DNA from: the human T2T-CHM13v2.0 reference genome, Homo sapiens
Length of the DNA stretch: 64,000 nucleotides
Reading direction: 5' to 3' (one strand)
NCBI RefSeq assembly: GCF_009914755.1
Contig: NC_060940.1
The position numbers and the translations under genes were made by a program. The notes beneath the pieces were generated by a model. The model made no database searches. It was not told the origin of the DNA and saw only the letters and a program-made list of their open reading frames with translations. The number at the start of each line of letters is the position of its first letter. Positions within the stretch are counted from its first letter, which is position 1. Below are positions 1 through 15,049 of the stretch, piece after piece.

Positions 1-217
1 CGATCTGAGCCAGGGCAGTGTCTCCACCTGGAAGGGTCTGCATCCTTAGCTGGGGGAGGGGTCTCATCAGATGAACTGTTAGATGGTGCCTTTGATTGCC
101 TGTGGCCCCACAGCTCAGTGACTACACAGTAATTGCCACCAATACCATGCTGACCTACCTGCCCAGACACTTCAGGAACCTTGGGAAAAGGGTAGGGAGG
201 GCTTTGAAAGGTACTTT

Positions 218-2260
218 GTTTTTAAATTTTAAAAATAATTTTAGCTTTTATTTTAGAATCAGGTGGTACATGTGCAGGTTTCTTACATGGCATATTACAT
301 GATGCTGAGGTTTGGGGTATGACTGATCCCATTATCCAGTTACTGAGCATAGTACTCAACAGTTAGATTTTCAACACTTGCTCTCCTCCCTCTTCCCCCA
401 TCTGATGGTCCCAATGTGTCTGTTGTTCCCAATTTTATGTCCATGTGTACTCAGTGTTTAGCTACCACTTACAAGTGAGACTATGTGGTATTTGGTTTCT
501 ATTCCTGCATTAATTTGCTTAAGATAATGGCCTCCAGCTGCATCCATGTTGCTGCAAAGGACATGATTTTGTTCTTTTTTTAATGGCTACGTAGTATTCC
601 ATGGTGTATATGTACTACATTTTCTTTATCCATTCCACTGTTGATGGGCACCTAGGTTGAGTCCATGTCTTTGCTAATGTGAATAGCGCTGTGATGAACA
701 TAGGAATACATGTGTCTTTCTCATAGAATGATCTATTTTCCTTTAGGTATATACCCAGTAATGGGTTTGCTGGATTGAATGGTACCTCTGTTTTAAGTTC
801 TTTGAGAAATCTTCAAACTGCTTTCTACAGTGGCTGAACTAATTTACATTCCCACCAACAGTGTATTAGTGTTCCTTTTTCTCTGCAACCTCACCAGCAT
901 CTGTTATTTACTGACTTTTTAATGATAGCCATTCTGACTGGTGTCAGATGGTATCTCATTGTGGTTTTAATTTGCATTTCTGTGATGATTAGTGATGATG
1001 AGCACTTTTTCATATATTTGTTGGCTACTTGTATGTCTTCATTTGAGCAGTGTCTGTTGATGTCTTTTGCCCACTTTTTAACAGGGTTATTTGTTTTTTA
1101 CTTGTTGAGTTGTTTAAGTTCCTTATAAATTCTGGATATTAGACCTTTGCTGAATGCACAGTTTGCGAATATTTTCTCCCATCCTGTAGGTTATCTGTTT
1201 ACTGTATTGATAATTTCTTCCACTGTGCAGAAGCTCGTTAGTTTAATTAGGTCCCACATGTTAATTTCTGTTTTTGTTGCAATTGCTTTTGAGGACTTAG
1301 TCATAAATTCTTTTCCAAGGCAGATGTTCAGAATGGTGTTTCCTAGGCTTTCTTCCAGGATTATTACAGTTTGAGGTCTTACACTTAACTATTTAAACCG
1401 CCTTGAGTTAATTTTTGTATATGGTGAATGGTAGGGGTCCAGTTTCATTCTTCTGCATATAGCTAGCCAGCTATGTCAGCACTATTTATTGAGTAGAGAG
1501 TCCTTTCCCCATTGATAATTTTTGTCAACTTTGTCAAAGATCAAATGGCTGTAGATGTGTGGCTTTATTTCTGAGTTCTCTATTCTGTTCCATTGGTTTA
1601 TATGTCTGTTTTTGTACCAGTACCATGCTGTTTTGGTTACTGTAGCCTTATAGTATACTTTGAAGTTGAGTTACACGATGTCTCTGGATTTATTTAGGAT
1701 TTTGCTTTGGCTATTCAGGCTGTTTTTTGGTTCCATATGAGTTTTAGAATAGTTGTTTCCAATTCTCTGAAAAATGACATTGGTAGTTTGATAGGAATAG
1801 CATTGAATCTGTAGATTGTTTTGGGCAGTATGGACATTTTCGTGATATTGATTCTTCCAATCCATGAGCATGGAATGTTTTTCCATTTGTTTGTGTCATC
1901 TCTGATTTCTTTTAGCAGTGTTTCTTAGTTCTCCTCAGAGAGCTCTTCCGCCTCCTTGTTAGATACAGTCCTAGGTATTTTTTTAGTGCGTGTGTCTATT
2001 GTAAATGGTATTATGTTCTTTATTTGACTCCCAGCTTTAATGTTATTGGTGTATAGAAATGCTACTAATGTTTGTACGTTGATTTTGTACCCCAAAACTT
2101 TACTGAAGTCTTTTATCAGTTCCAGGATTTTTTTGCAGAGTCTTTAGGGTTTTCTGGATATAGAATCATATAATCAGTGAAGAGAGATAGTTTGACTTCT
2201 TTTCTGATTTGAATGCCTTTTGTTTCTTTCTTTTGCCTTATTGGTCTGGCTAGAACTTCC
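218..2260 (-). mobile_element. 5'-truncated L1 (old L1PA15/16- or L1PB-like), 3' part of ORF2 plus 3'UTR
   Basis: Antisense L1 3'UTR/ORF2 sequence. Exact 13-bp TSD TGAAAGGTACTTT at 205-217 and 2261-2273, with a TTT/AA endonuclease-type site. Confidence 0.92.
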
Positions 2261-2339
2261 TGAAAGGTACTTTAAATATTGCTCTCTATCACTTTACAAG
2301 TAACATTTCTGTTTTTTTCAGATTGTTACAAAAGGAATC

Positions 2340-2463
2340 TTTCTTCTTTCTTTCTTTCTTTTTCTTTCTCTCTCTCCCTCCCTTCCTCCCTCCCTCCCCC
2401 TTCTTTCTCTCTCTCTTTCTTCCCTTCCTTCCTTCCTTCCTTCCTTCCTTCCTTCCTTCCTTC

Positions 2464-2534
<71 letters not shown>

Positions 2535-2630
2535 TTTTCTTTCCCTTCTTTCCTCCCTCCACCTTCTTTCCTTGCTTCCTTCCTTCCTTCTTTCCTCCCT
2601 CCCTCCCTTCCTTCCTTCCTCCCTTCCTTT
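2340..2630. repeat. (TTTC)n/(TTCC)n polypyrimidine array, expanded tail of the adjacent Alu monomer
   Basis: Seen directly; explains the low-complexity ORFs at 2279-2818. Confidence 0.97.
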
Positions 2631-2762
2631 TGAGACAAGGTCTCACTCTTTCACCCAGGCTGGATTGCATTGGCATGATCATAGCTCATTGCAGCCTCGA
2701 ACTCCTGTGCTCAAGTAATCCTCCTGCCTTGGCATCCCAAAGTACTGGGATTACAGGCATGA
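2631..2762 (-). mobile_element. Alu monomer (FLAM/AluJ-derived)
   Basis: gagacaaggtctcactc...cccaaagtactgggattacaggcatga. Confidence 0.85.
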
Positions 2763-3209
2763 AGGAATGTGTTTTCTTTATGGCAAAATTGGAAAATCTA
2801 GAAAAGCACAAAAAGTAAAATAAAAACCACCTCTATCCTGTCACCTAGAGATAACCACATGTAGCAAGCATGTAATTCCAGCACTGTTTTTATGGGATCA
2901 TTAATAGCTATATTTATTTAGTGTTAGCTATGTGTTTTATTAACATATGTGTTTCCTATTTTGGTCTCATTTATTCTCATGACTGTGAAGTAGGCATCTT
3001 TTTTTTCATTTTACAGATAAACAGGCTCAGAGAAATGTGACTTGCTTAAGGTCACTGTTCATTCTGTTGTATAAAATACTTTTTCCTTTTAATAATATTA
3101 GGTTTTCCTCCACAATTCAACATATTTCTACAACATTATTAAGGTTTTTAAAAGTTTAATTTTGTAAGTAGGTTATAATAGGTTCATGAGGTTAAAAATA
3201 TATGAACAG

Positions 3210-3830
3210 GTTGGTGGGAATGTAAATTAGTTCAACCATTGTGGAAGACAGTGTGGCGATTCCTCAAAGACCTAGAACCAGAAATACCATTTGACACAGC
3301 AATCCCATTACTGGGTATATACCCAAAGGAATATAAATCATTTTATTATAAAGATACATGCACATGTATGTTCACTGCAGTACTATTCACAATAGCAAAG
3401 ACATGGAATAAACCCAAATGCCCATCAATGATAGACTGGATAAAGAAAATGTGGTACATACACACTGTGGAATACTATGTGGCTGTAGAAAGGAAGAAGA
3501 TCATGTCCTTTGCAGGGACATGGATGGAGCTTGAAGCCATTATCGTCAGCAAACTAATTCAGGAACAGAAAACCAAACACCACATGTTCTCACTTATAAG
3601 TGGGAGCTGAACGACAAGAACACATGGACACAGGGAGGGGAACAACACACCCTGGGGCTTGTTGGAGGGTGTCGGGGGAGGGAGAGCATCAGGATAAATA
3701 GCTAATGCATGTGGTGCTTAATACTTAGGTGATGGGTTGGTAGGTGCAGCAAACCACCATGACACACGTTTACCTATGTAACAGACCTGCACGTCCTGCA
3801 CATGTATCCCAGAACTTAAAATAAAATTAT
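3210..3830 (+). mobile_element. L1PA 3' fragment (ORF2 C-terminus plus 3'UTR)
   Basis: ORF 3239-3610 [18 protein letters not shown]... is the L1 ORF2p C-terminus; ends in an A-rich tail. Confidence 0.93.
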
Positions 3831-4749
3831 ATATATATGGGTTTATAGTAAAGAGTTTCCTTTCACTTTTGTGCCCCATCTAACAAGTTCTCCTACCAAT
3901 AACTTGTTCTTTTGTTCTTTCTTGAGTCTGTTTTCAGAATCTCATGATTATATAAAGAAATAAACATATGTGTTTTTATTTTTCTGCAAAATATTACATG
4001 CTATAAACACTGCTCCTCACCTTGTTTTTTCACTTAACAAAGTATCTGGGAGAATTTTCTATATGAAATATATGGAGAATTTTCTCATTTCTTCGTACCA
4101 CTCTACAGCAGTCTATTATATGAATATACTGCCATTTATTTAACCAGTTCAGTATTGATGGACATTTGAATATTTTCCTCCATATTTTGCCCTTTGAATA
4201 ACGCTGTGATGCATAACATTGCAAATGAGCCATTTCATATTTTTAAAAGGCTCCATGATACTCCTGTTGAGTTACGTGCTGCAATTTATTTAACCAATCC
4301 ACTAAGGGTGGATATTTAGGTTATTTCTGGGCTTCCCTTATGATAAATAGTGCTGCTGTGAACATTCTTGCCCATAAGCCCTTGTGCTCATTTTTTATCT
4401 TTCTTTAAGGGAAATGTTATGAGCATCATTAAGACTTTCAATACATACTGCACACCTGCCTCCTGGAAAAGCAGTGACAATTGCTGGTGGCCGGGTCTGA
4501 GAAGGCTGATGTCTGGTAAAAGTACCCCAAAAGGACATTCTTGGGAGATGGCAGCTGGGGGTGTGTGAGAGAAATGAGGAAGTGTAGCTCAAGCCACAGG
4601 TCAGGAGCAGCCAGAGCTGGAAAGCCCTTCAGACATCTTTACCAAGAAAGTAACTATGCTCAGTTTGAGGAAAAGCCTTGCCTGAGTTCATATGGGCTGG
4701 AGCTGGGACTGAGTCTTGGAACTTCTGAGTCACTGCTCAGGCCATAGCT

Positions 4750-5050
4750 CAGTGATTAGGGGCATGAGCTCTGACCTCAGACTACCTGGTTTTGAATTCT
4801 CTTAAATCTTTGCTAGCTTCATGCTTTGGCACAGGGTACCATACCTCTTTCAGGCTCTCTTTGTTAGCTTCGTGCTTTGGCACATGATACCATACTTCTT
4901 TCAGGCTCAGGTTCCTCATCTGTAAAACAGGACACACTCCATTTAACTGTTGTAAGGAATTAAAGTAGATAATCTGGTATAGCACAGTGGCCAGCACATA
5001 TTTATTGTTTTTTATGTTATTAAATGTATCTGCCATCATTATCATTATCA
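4750..5050 (+). mobile_element. MIR containing a 51-bp tandem duplication (4807-4857, 4858-4908)
   Basis: MIR core (ttcctcatctgtaaaa; gttgtaaggaattaaa); the two copies differ at 5 positions. Confidence 0.75.
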
Positions 5051-5293
5051 ATCTATTCCTGGTGTCTCTGAGTTAATCCAAATAAAAATGAGCAGCATGG
5101 GAGATACTTTCTAGGTGCCAAGTAAGACTCAGGCTGCTGATTGATAAATACACTTTGATGGCTGTAGGGATGTCCTAATATCTCCATAGGTCTAAGCACT
5201 TATTCTGCTATAGGCCTCTTCTCCAAGCCTTGAAGTTCTGGAGGCAGAGGTCTTGGGGCGAGCAGGCAGAAAGATAGTTTCCATCCATTTCTT

Positions 5294-5617
5294 TTTTTAT
5301 TGATACAAATATTTGTACACATTTATGGAATGCATATGATAGTATATTATATTTTGTTACACAGACAATGTAGTGATCAAGTCAGGGTATTTGGGGTGTC
5401 CATCACCTCGAGTATTTATCATCTCTATGTGATGGAAACATTTCAAGCCCTTTCTTCTAGTTATATTGAAATATATGATATATTGTTGTTAGCTATAGTC
5501 ACCTTACTCTGCTATCGAACGTTAGAACTTACTCCTTCCATTTAACATCTAACTGTATGTTTGTATCCATTTGCCAACTTCTCTTTATCCCTCCCCCTAA
5601 TGCCTTTCCCAATCTCC
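5294..5617 (-). mobile_element. L1MA-type 3' end fragment
   Basis: T-run then L1MA 3'UTR antisense; candidate TSD CCATTTCTT at 5285-5293 and 5618-5626. Confidence 0.75.
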
Positions 5618-5697
5618 CCATTTCTTCTTTGCTTATCTCCTAGAAGGTTGGACCACTCTGACTGATTAGAGGTACACTTCACTTTGTGAAACCCCAA

Positions 5698-5789
5698 TGG
5701 TCCCCTGATAGTGCAGGGCTTTCTGGCTGCTAGTGTAGCCTGGTCCCCTGATAGTGCAGGGCTTTCTGGCTGCTAGTGTAGCCTGGTCC
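5698..5789. repeat. Perfect 43-bp tandem duplication with 6-bp terminal microhomology
   Basis: TGGTCCCCTGATAGTGCAGGGCTTTCTGGCTGCTAGTGTAGCC at 5698-5740 and 5741-5783, then TGGTCC. Confidence 0.97.
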
Positions 5790-5917
5790 GCTAATCATTC
5801 ATTAATTCAGCAAATATGTATTAATATTAAGGGTCCACTATGTATAAGGTAGTAAGGATTCAATGTTGAACAAACATTTGATGCTTGCTTAAACAAAGCT
5901 TAGTATATAGTGGGGGT

Positions 5918-6320
5918 GTATCAGTCAATAACAAAGAACTCCAACATTTTAGTAGCATGCAGCAATAAGCATTGATTTTGCTTATGCCTCTGTGGTTGGC
6001 TAGGGTATGACTGATCTAGCTGGGCTCAGTGGGGCATTCTAAGTTGCAGGGTGAGTCTGGGCCTGATCCACACAACTTTTGTCCTCCTTGTGCCAGAGGA
6101 CTAGCTGGGAATGTACTTCTCATGGTGATGGCAGAAGCACAACAGGCCTCTTAAGTTCTAGATTCAGAAGTGGCACATCATCACTTCCACCTGCATTCCA
6201 TCAGCTAAAGCAACTCATATGGCGGAGATCAAGGTTACGGGGTGGAGATTGCAAAACCACATGGCAAAAGGTGCAGGCACAGGGAAGGATAAAGAACTGG
6301 GGACGGTTTTTCAGTCTGTC
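5918..6320 (-). mobile_element. Old MLT1-type MaLR LTR within L2 remnants
   Basis: tgtatcagtca...ctagctgggctcag...cacatcatcacttccac, typical of MLT1; flanked by L2-like sequence. Confidence 0.55.
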
Positions 6321-6623
6321 ACAGAGGAACACAGACATTAATCCAATCATCCCACAAAAATGTAATTATAAACTGCGACTCATTCTGTGAAGAAAAGTTC
6401 CTGAGTATGATAGACAGAACTGACCTGGTTAGAGGCACTAGGGACAAGTCTCCTGAAGAAATGATGTTTAGGATGAGAGTTGAGGATGACAGGGAAAGAC
6501 ATCCAGGAAGAGGAAACAGCACATGCAAAGTTCCCAGGTCAGGTGGAAGCCCATGTTCTGAGCAAGGGAGAGGGAGTGACATGAAGTTAGAGAAGTGGGC
6601 AGAGATGATATTATCAAAACTCT

Positions 6624-7001
6624 TGTATTAGTCTGTTTTTGCACTTCTATAAAGAAATACCTGAAACTGGATAATTTATAAAGAAAAGAGGTTTAATTCG
6701 CTCACAGTTCTGCAGGCTGTACAGGAAGCATGGCTGGAGAGGCCTCAGAAAACTTACAATCAAGGTGGAAGGCAAAGGGGAAACCAGTATGTCTTACACG
6801 GCCAGAGCAGGAGGAAGAGAGAGAAGAGGGGAGGTGCCACACACTTTTAAACAACCAGATCTCATGAGCACTCACTCACTATCATGAGAACAGCACAGAG
6901 AAATAAATCTGCTCCCATGACCCGATCACCAGGCCTACCTCCAAATGGGGATTATATTTCAACATGAGGTTTGGGCAGGGACATAAATCCAAACCATATC
7001 A
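6624..7001 (-). mobile_element. MSTA-type MaLR solo LTR
   Basis: TGTATTAGTCTG...AAACCATATCA termini; internal gctcacagttctgcaggctgtacaggaagcatgg. Confidence 0.9.
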
Positions 7002-7525
7002 TCCCTGAAAGCTCTGCCAAGGATTTTGATCTTGGTCCTAAGAGCAGCTCATGTCTTGGAAATGAAGAGCACTGCTTATTGTCTGTTCCTTTGCTATGCC
7101 CACCCTTCTCCTTGCACAGTCCTGTTCATCCCTCAGGGTGCATCAGGAATATCACCTTGAGAAGCATTTTAGTTTCTCTGGTGTTATGGACTGAGTGTTT
7201 ATGTTTCTCCCCACCAAATTCACATGTTGAAATCCTAATGCCTAATGCGATGGTATCAGGAGGCAGGGCCTTCAAGACACAATTAGGTTTTGAGGGTGGA
7301 GACCTCATGAATGGGAATAATGTCCTTATAAAAAGGGCTCCAAAGAGCTCTCTTATGCCCTCTTTTCACTGTGTGAGGGTAAAACAAGAAGTCATCAGTC
7401 ATCAGTCATCAGCTAAAGAAAGCCCTCATCCCTATCTGACCTTACTGGCACCTTGATCTTGGACTTCCAACCACCAGAATTGTGATAAATAAATTTCTGT
7501 TATTTATAATCCACCTAGTCTGTCA

Positions 7526-10224
<2,699 letters not shown>

Positions 10225-10624
10225 TACTTTGTTGTAGCCCAAACTGTCTAAAATACCTGAGCTGCTAGTTGCTGTCTCTCTGCCTCTCCCTGTGCTGGGT
10301 AAAAATGTCTTCTGTGACCATGCTGGGCTTTCATTTCAGTGGGCTGTCTTCACTGCAGGGCTGTGTGCTTATGGAAGGCTGAGATTATTCTGTATTATTC
10401 TCTGCCCCTCCTGTGCTTGGCAACAGACATTGGCCCAGATCAGTTGCCCAGGAAATGGTTATTATTTTGAAAACTAAATAGGATAATGAATGCAGGAGTG
10501 CTTTGTAAAATATGAAGCATCACCACGTTATTACCATCCATGTCATCTAAATGCTGCTGTTGCTATCTTCCCTGGTGGGAGGAGTGCTTTCAGTTATAAG
10601 AGGGGATCTGGCATGGTGGGCGAC

Positions 10625-10975
10625 AGAGAGTAGCAAACTCAAACCCTCCCAGGGGCCAGGGAGGTAAAACAAATGAATAAAGCAGGGCTCGTGTAAAACA
10701 GTAAGGAGTGGTGGGGATTGGGGCAAACTGTAATAAAGAGCCTATATTCAGCTGCAGCCAATTATGTCTAGGCAGAATTGTGGGCTCTAAGCTAACAGAT
10801 CTTCTGATTATTTTCAAGAGAAGCTAAAAATCCAGATTGTATTTGGTGCAATAGACATTCTTACATATTGGCATTTAATTAAACTTAAAAAAACAACCAC
10901 CACCACCCACTATGTAGGTCAAATGACACAGAGCCAGTGGCCCTTTAGGCCTATGGTCTTGAGTTTATGATCTTT
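10625..10975 (+). mobile_element. MER102-like hAT-Charlie element
   Basis: gcaaactcaaa...caggggccagg...ggagtggtgggga...gatcttctgatt..tcaagagaagc resembles the MER102 consensus as remembered. Confidence 0.65.
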
Positions 10976-11904
10976 GGAGTTAACAGAATGTGTCTTGTAG
11001 CCAGATAAAAGCAGGTCTAAATCCCAGCTTATTTTCTTACCTGCTTTGTTACATCAGGAGGATAATCTGAACTCTCTGATCTTCAGTTTCCTGTTTTCCA
11101 AGATGAAGACAATAATAGAATATACTGCACAGGGTTGTAGTGTAATGTATTTAGTATAGGACCTGATATACCATAAGCACTCCATAAGGATCCACAGTAA
11201 TCACTCAATAATGATGTACAGTAAGCACTCAATAAGCACTCAGAATATCACTGTTGCTGCTGATTATTGTAATTATTACCTCCCACCAGGCAGCTTGGAA
11301 CATGGGTTTGTGGCCAGGAGCAATCCTGTGGAGCTGGGGGAGAGAAGTTGGTGGTTGTGGTTAAGTTGACTTAAAATTCCCTGAAGGTTTTGGTGCTGAG
11401 AATGAATGCCATTGGTAATGCCCATCTTTGAGGCTCAGGTAGAATAACATGAGAAGGGATCCCTGGGCAGGTGAATGAATGACCTGCCCTATCTGGAAGA
11501 TCCAGGCAGCTGCTGAACAAGTATGCAGGCCATTCATTAATTCATTCATTCACTCATTCATTATTTCCCGAGTCCCTGATGGATGCTACGTTGTAAGTAA
11601 AGTGCTAGGGTGCCAACAGGAGCAACAATAGTTCCTTCCCTAAAGAGCTGTCATCTAGGCAAAGAGTTGGGGTAAGAGAATGACAGGAAAGCAGTATGGT
11701 CACCATATGCCTGCGCCATTCATCAGCTGTGTGATGTTGGGCAAGCTACTTGACCTTTCTTTAGATCATGTTTTCTTATCTGCAGAATGGGGATCATTGA
11801 AGCACCAGCCCATGGGTTTGTCATGAGGAATTCCTAGGTTAAAACAAGTAAAAGTTCTTAGAGGGCCAGGGACAGTGTCCTAGAGGGACCGACAATTGAG
11901 CTGA

Positions 11905-12700
11905 TGTCTTGGCTATGTTCCCCAGAAGCAGACTCTGAGATCAGGACTTGAATGCAAGTGATCTATCAAGGAAGTGCTCCTAGAGGAACTGGTAAGGGAA
12001 GGGGAGGTAGGTCCAGTGAGGAAAGGCTGCCAAGCAAGAGTGCAATTTTAGACAAAGTGCTGTGGAGGGTGGCTCCTGCTTGATCCTGAAGGGGATGTCT
12101 GGAGTGTAAATTACACCTCAAAGTTGTCTTGAAAACAAGGGTGTTAAGTTTAGCCTAAAGCTTCCTCCTTACATGTTCTAAGTTCAGTCCAAAGATTTCC
12201 CCATACACAGTGAACTGTAACCTAACTGAATGTGTAAACAGATTGTAACCTATTCTTGTGCCAGTCTCCGAGTTTTGGCCAATCAAAGGGGTCCAACTGT
12301 TCAAACTGTGTTCAAATGAGGCAATCACTGGGCTACAACCAATCCAGCTGTTTCTATACCTCACTTCCGTTTTCTGAACCTCACTTCCATTTTCTGAGCA
12401 CCACTTTCCTTTTTCTCTCCATAAATCTTCTTCTGCCACATGGCTACACTGGGGCCTCTCTGAACCTGTTCTGGTTTGGGGGATGCCTGATTCATGATTC
12501 CTTCTTTGTTCAATTAAACTCAATTAAATTTAATTTGCCTAAGTTTTTTTTTGTGGGGGGAAGTAAGCTCCCAGGAGGTCACAGCTCTCTGCCTGAGCAC
12601 AGAAAACAGCCCCAGTAGCCCAAGGGCAGTCCTTGAAAAAGGAGGTGCAGGCCCAGGCCATTGTAGTCAAAAGAACATCCAATCTGGGGGTACACACATG
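11905..12700. mobile_element. ERVL LTR16-like element interrupted by MER57
   Basis: cccagaagcagactctgaga...gacttgaatgcaagt motif; resumes after about 12553. Confidence 0.55.
12142..12552 (+). mobile_element. MER57-type ERV1 solo LTR
   Basis: TGTTAAGTTTAGCCTAAAGC start, CCAAT boxes, cacttccgttttctg, caattaaactc end. Confidence 0.88.
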
Positions 12701-12942
12701 AAAAAATGGATCTGTGGGAATTTGGATGGCGCTCCAATAGTGTCAGCTTCAGCTGAAAGGAAGCAAGCACGGTTCTGAGCAGTAAAAGGTATTTGCTGGA
12801 AGTTGGTGCAGTGATTCCGAAGGTGTGGAAAGACCACTGAAATGTCAGACTTAAGGTATCAGTTTGATTCCAGCACAGCCACGTACTTCTTTGAGCAATG
12901 CTAATAATAATCGTAGCAGCCACAGTTTATTGAGTACATACA

Positions 12943-13316
12943 GCTATGAACTGAATTCCATCCCCCTCAAATTCATATGTTGAAGTCCTAACCCCCAATG
13001 TGACTGTATCTGGAGATGGGGTCTTCAGGAGGTAATGAAGTTTAAATGAGGTCATAAGGTTGGGGCTCTGATCTGATAGGATTTGTGTTACTGTAGTAAG
13101 AGACACTAGAGAGCTCATTCTCTCTCTCCACCATGTTAGGACACAGTGAGAAGCAGCTATGTGCAAGCTGGAAAGAGAAATATCACAGGAACTGAACCTT
13201 GCTGTAACCTTGATCTTGGAGTTTCCAACCTCTGGAACTATGAGAAAATAAATTTCTGTTGTTTAAGCCACCCAGTCTATAGTATTTTGTTATGGCAGCC
13301 TGAGCTGACTAAGACA
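12943..13316 (+). mobile_element. MLT1A-type MaLR LTR inserted in a MIR
   Basis: caaattcatatgttgaagtcctaacccc...aataaatttctgttgtttaagccacccagtc...gactaagaca. Confidence 0.88.
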
Positions 13317-13492
13317 CACACTATGCCAGGCACTGTTTAAATCACTACATACATCATCTCACTTAACCCTTACAATCAGCCCAGGAGGCAAATTCTATTA
13401 ACATCCCCATTTACAGATTGGGGCTATAATAATATTAGCTACTATTTATTGAACATTTGCAATGTGCCAGGCACCATGCTTAACACTTTACA

Positions 13493-13713
13493 TTTCCTTC
13501 CTTCCTTCCTTCCTTCCTTCCTTCTTTCCTCCCTCCCTCTTCCTTCCTTCCTTCTTTCCTCCCTGCCTCCCTTCCTCCTGCCTTTCTTTCTTTCCTTCTT
13601 TCTTTCTCTTTCTTTCTTTCTTTCTCTCTTTCTTTCTCTCTCTCCCTCCCTTCCTCCCTCCCTCCCCCTTCTTTCTCTGTTCCTTCCTTCCTTTCTTTCC
13701 TTCCTTCCTTCCT

Positions 13714-13753
<40 letters not shown>

Positions 13754-13833
13754 TCCTTCCTTCCTTCCTTCCTTCCTTCCTTCCTTCCTTCCTTCCTTCT
13801 TTCTTTCTTTCTTTTTCTTTCTTTCTTTCTTTC
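13493..13833. repeat. (TTCC)n/(TTTC)n polypyrimidine array followed by a short antisense Alu-monomer remnant (to ~13900)
   Basis: Seen directly; ctatgttgcccaggctggccttgaa follows. Confidence 0.95.
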
Positions 13834-15049
13834 CTGACAGATTCTTACTATGTTGCCCAGGCTGGCCTTGAATTCTTAAGCTCAGGACTACAGGTGTGTC
13901 CCTCTGCACGTAGCTTACACTTGTTTTCAAACTGAATTCTCTGAACACACCTGGAAGGAGAAGAGGACACTAAAGTTCATAAAATTAGGTAATTTATTCA
14001 AGAACACAGGGCTGTAACACAGTGGTAGAGCTAGAATTAAAACCCAGGGTATTCTAAATCTCTGCTCAATAAATTTGCAAGACAGGTTGTACAGCTAGTA
14101 AAGGGTGTGGCCACTTGGATTTCAGAGCCATGGAAGTCGTCTGCATCTCAAAGTCTTCTGCTTACCTATAAAGGGGATGGTGCCTCCCTCCATCCTTTCT
14201 TCTCAAGGGAATCAGGAGAGTGCCTCATTATTGAGAAAGGCTATGTCTGGTGATTCAGGACTGCCTTTCCAAGCCACACAGCAGATCTCTCTAAAGTATC
14301 CGTGGAAGAGCATCATTACATCTGTCCTTCATGCTTGTAGAATCTGAAGGAGAAAACCTGTTTCCTCATACGCTCTTTCTTGCTGTCTGTCACTGTTTCA
14401 GAAGAAAATAATTTCCTCCCCAATGTTCAAACTAGATGAGCATGTGAAGCCCTGAATAGAAGATTATTAAAGGAGCCCACAGTCTGCCTTCCAGTCTGCA
14501 ATCTAATTAGCTGAAAGAGGCCCCTTAGGGTCAGCCCCAGAGAAATCTTCTACGGCCTAGAAAGCCGTCTAATGAGAGAAGACAGCCCATCGAGGAAGAG
14601 GGAAAAGCCTATGTTTGTGTGTCTGTGGGAAGGAGGAGAGACTCTGGTGCCTGTGTGTACTTCCATAATCACTTCCATAGGTACCTCCAACCAGAAGACT
14701 AAAAAACATAATCACAGAGCTCTCAGTAAACACAGCCTGGGTGGTTGTCACCCTGTAGCCTGGCACAGAGGACACCTCCTAGGGTTTTTCAGAGAGAGGA
14801 AGATTGGTTTTATTTAGAGCTACTGCAAGCCTCAGGTAGCCAGCCTCTTCTCACCACTATAATAGACCAGAGAGGAAAAAATAGACTAAAAATAGCCTGC
14901 GATTGTGTCAGGGAAGTCTCTCACATTCGGAGAGTCACAAGTGGCTGGTTAGAGGGGATGGAAGGTAACAGGTGATGCCAATCAAGTATCCAGGGAGTCA
15001 CTGCTTCAAGAACAGTAGGAAACAGGGCCTGCCCTTGGGGACTTAACAA

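Noticed and set aside
2279-2818. Long F/L/S/P- and R/K/E-rich ORFs (also 13442-13948 and 34941-35162)
   Set aside because: Translations of TC microsatellites, which lack stop codons.
11170-11242. Repeated TAAGCACTC motifs
   Set aside because: Slippage of the MIR 3' tail motif.
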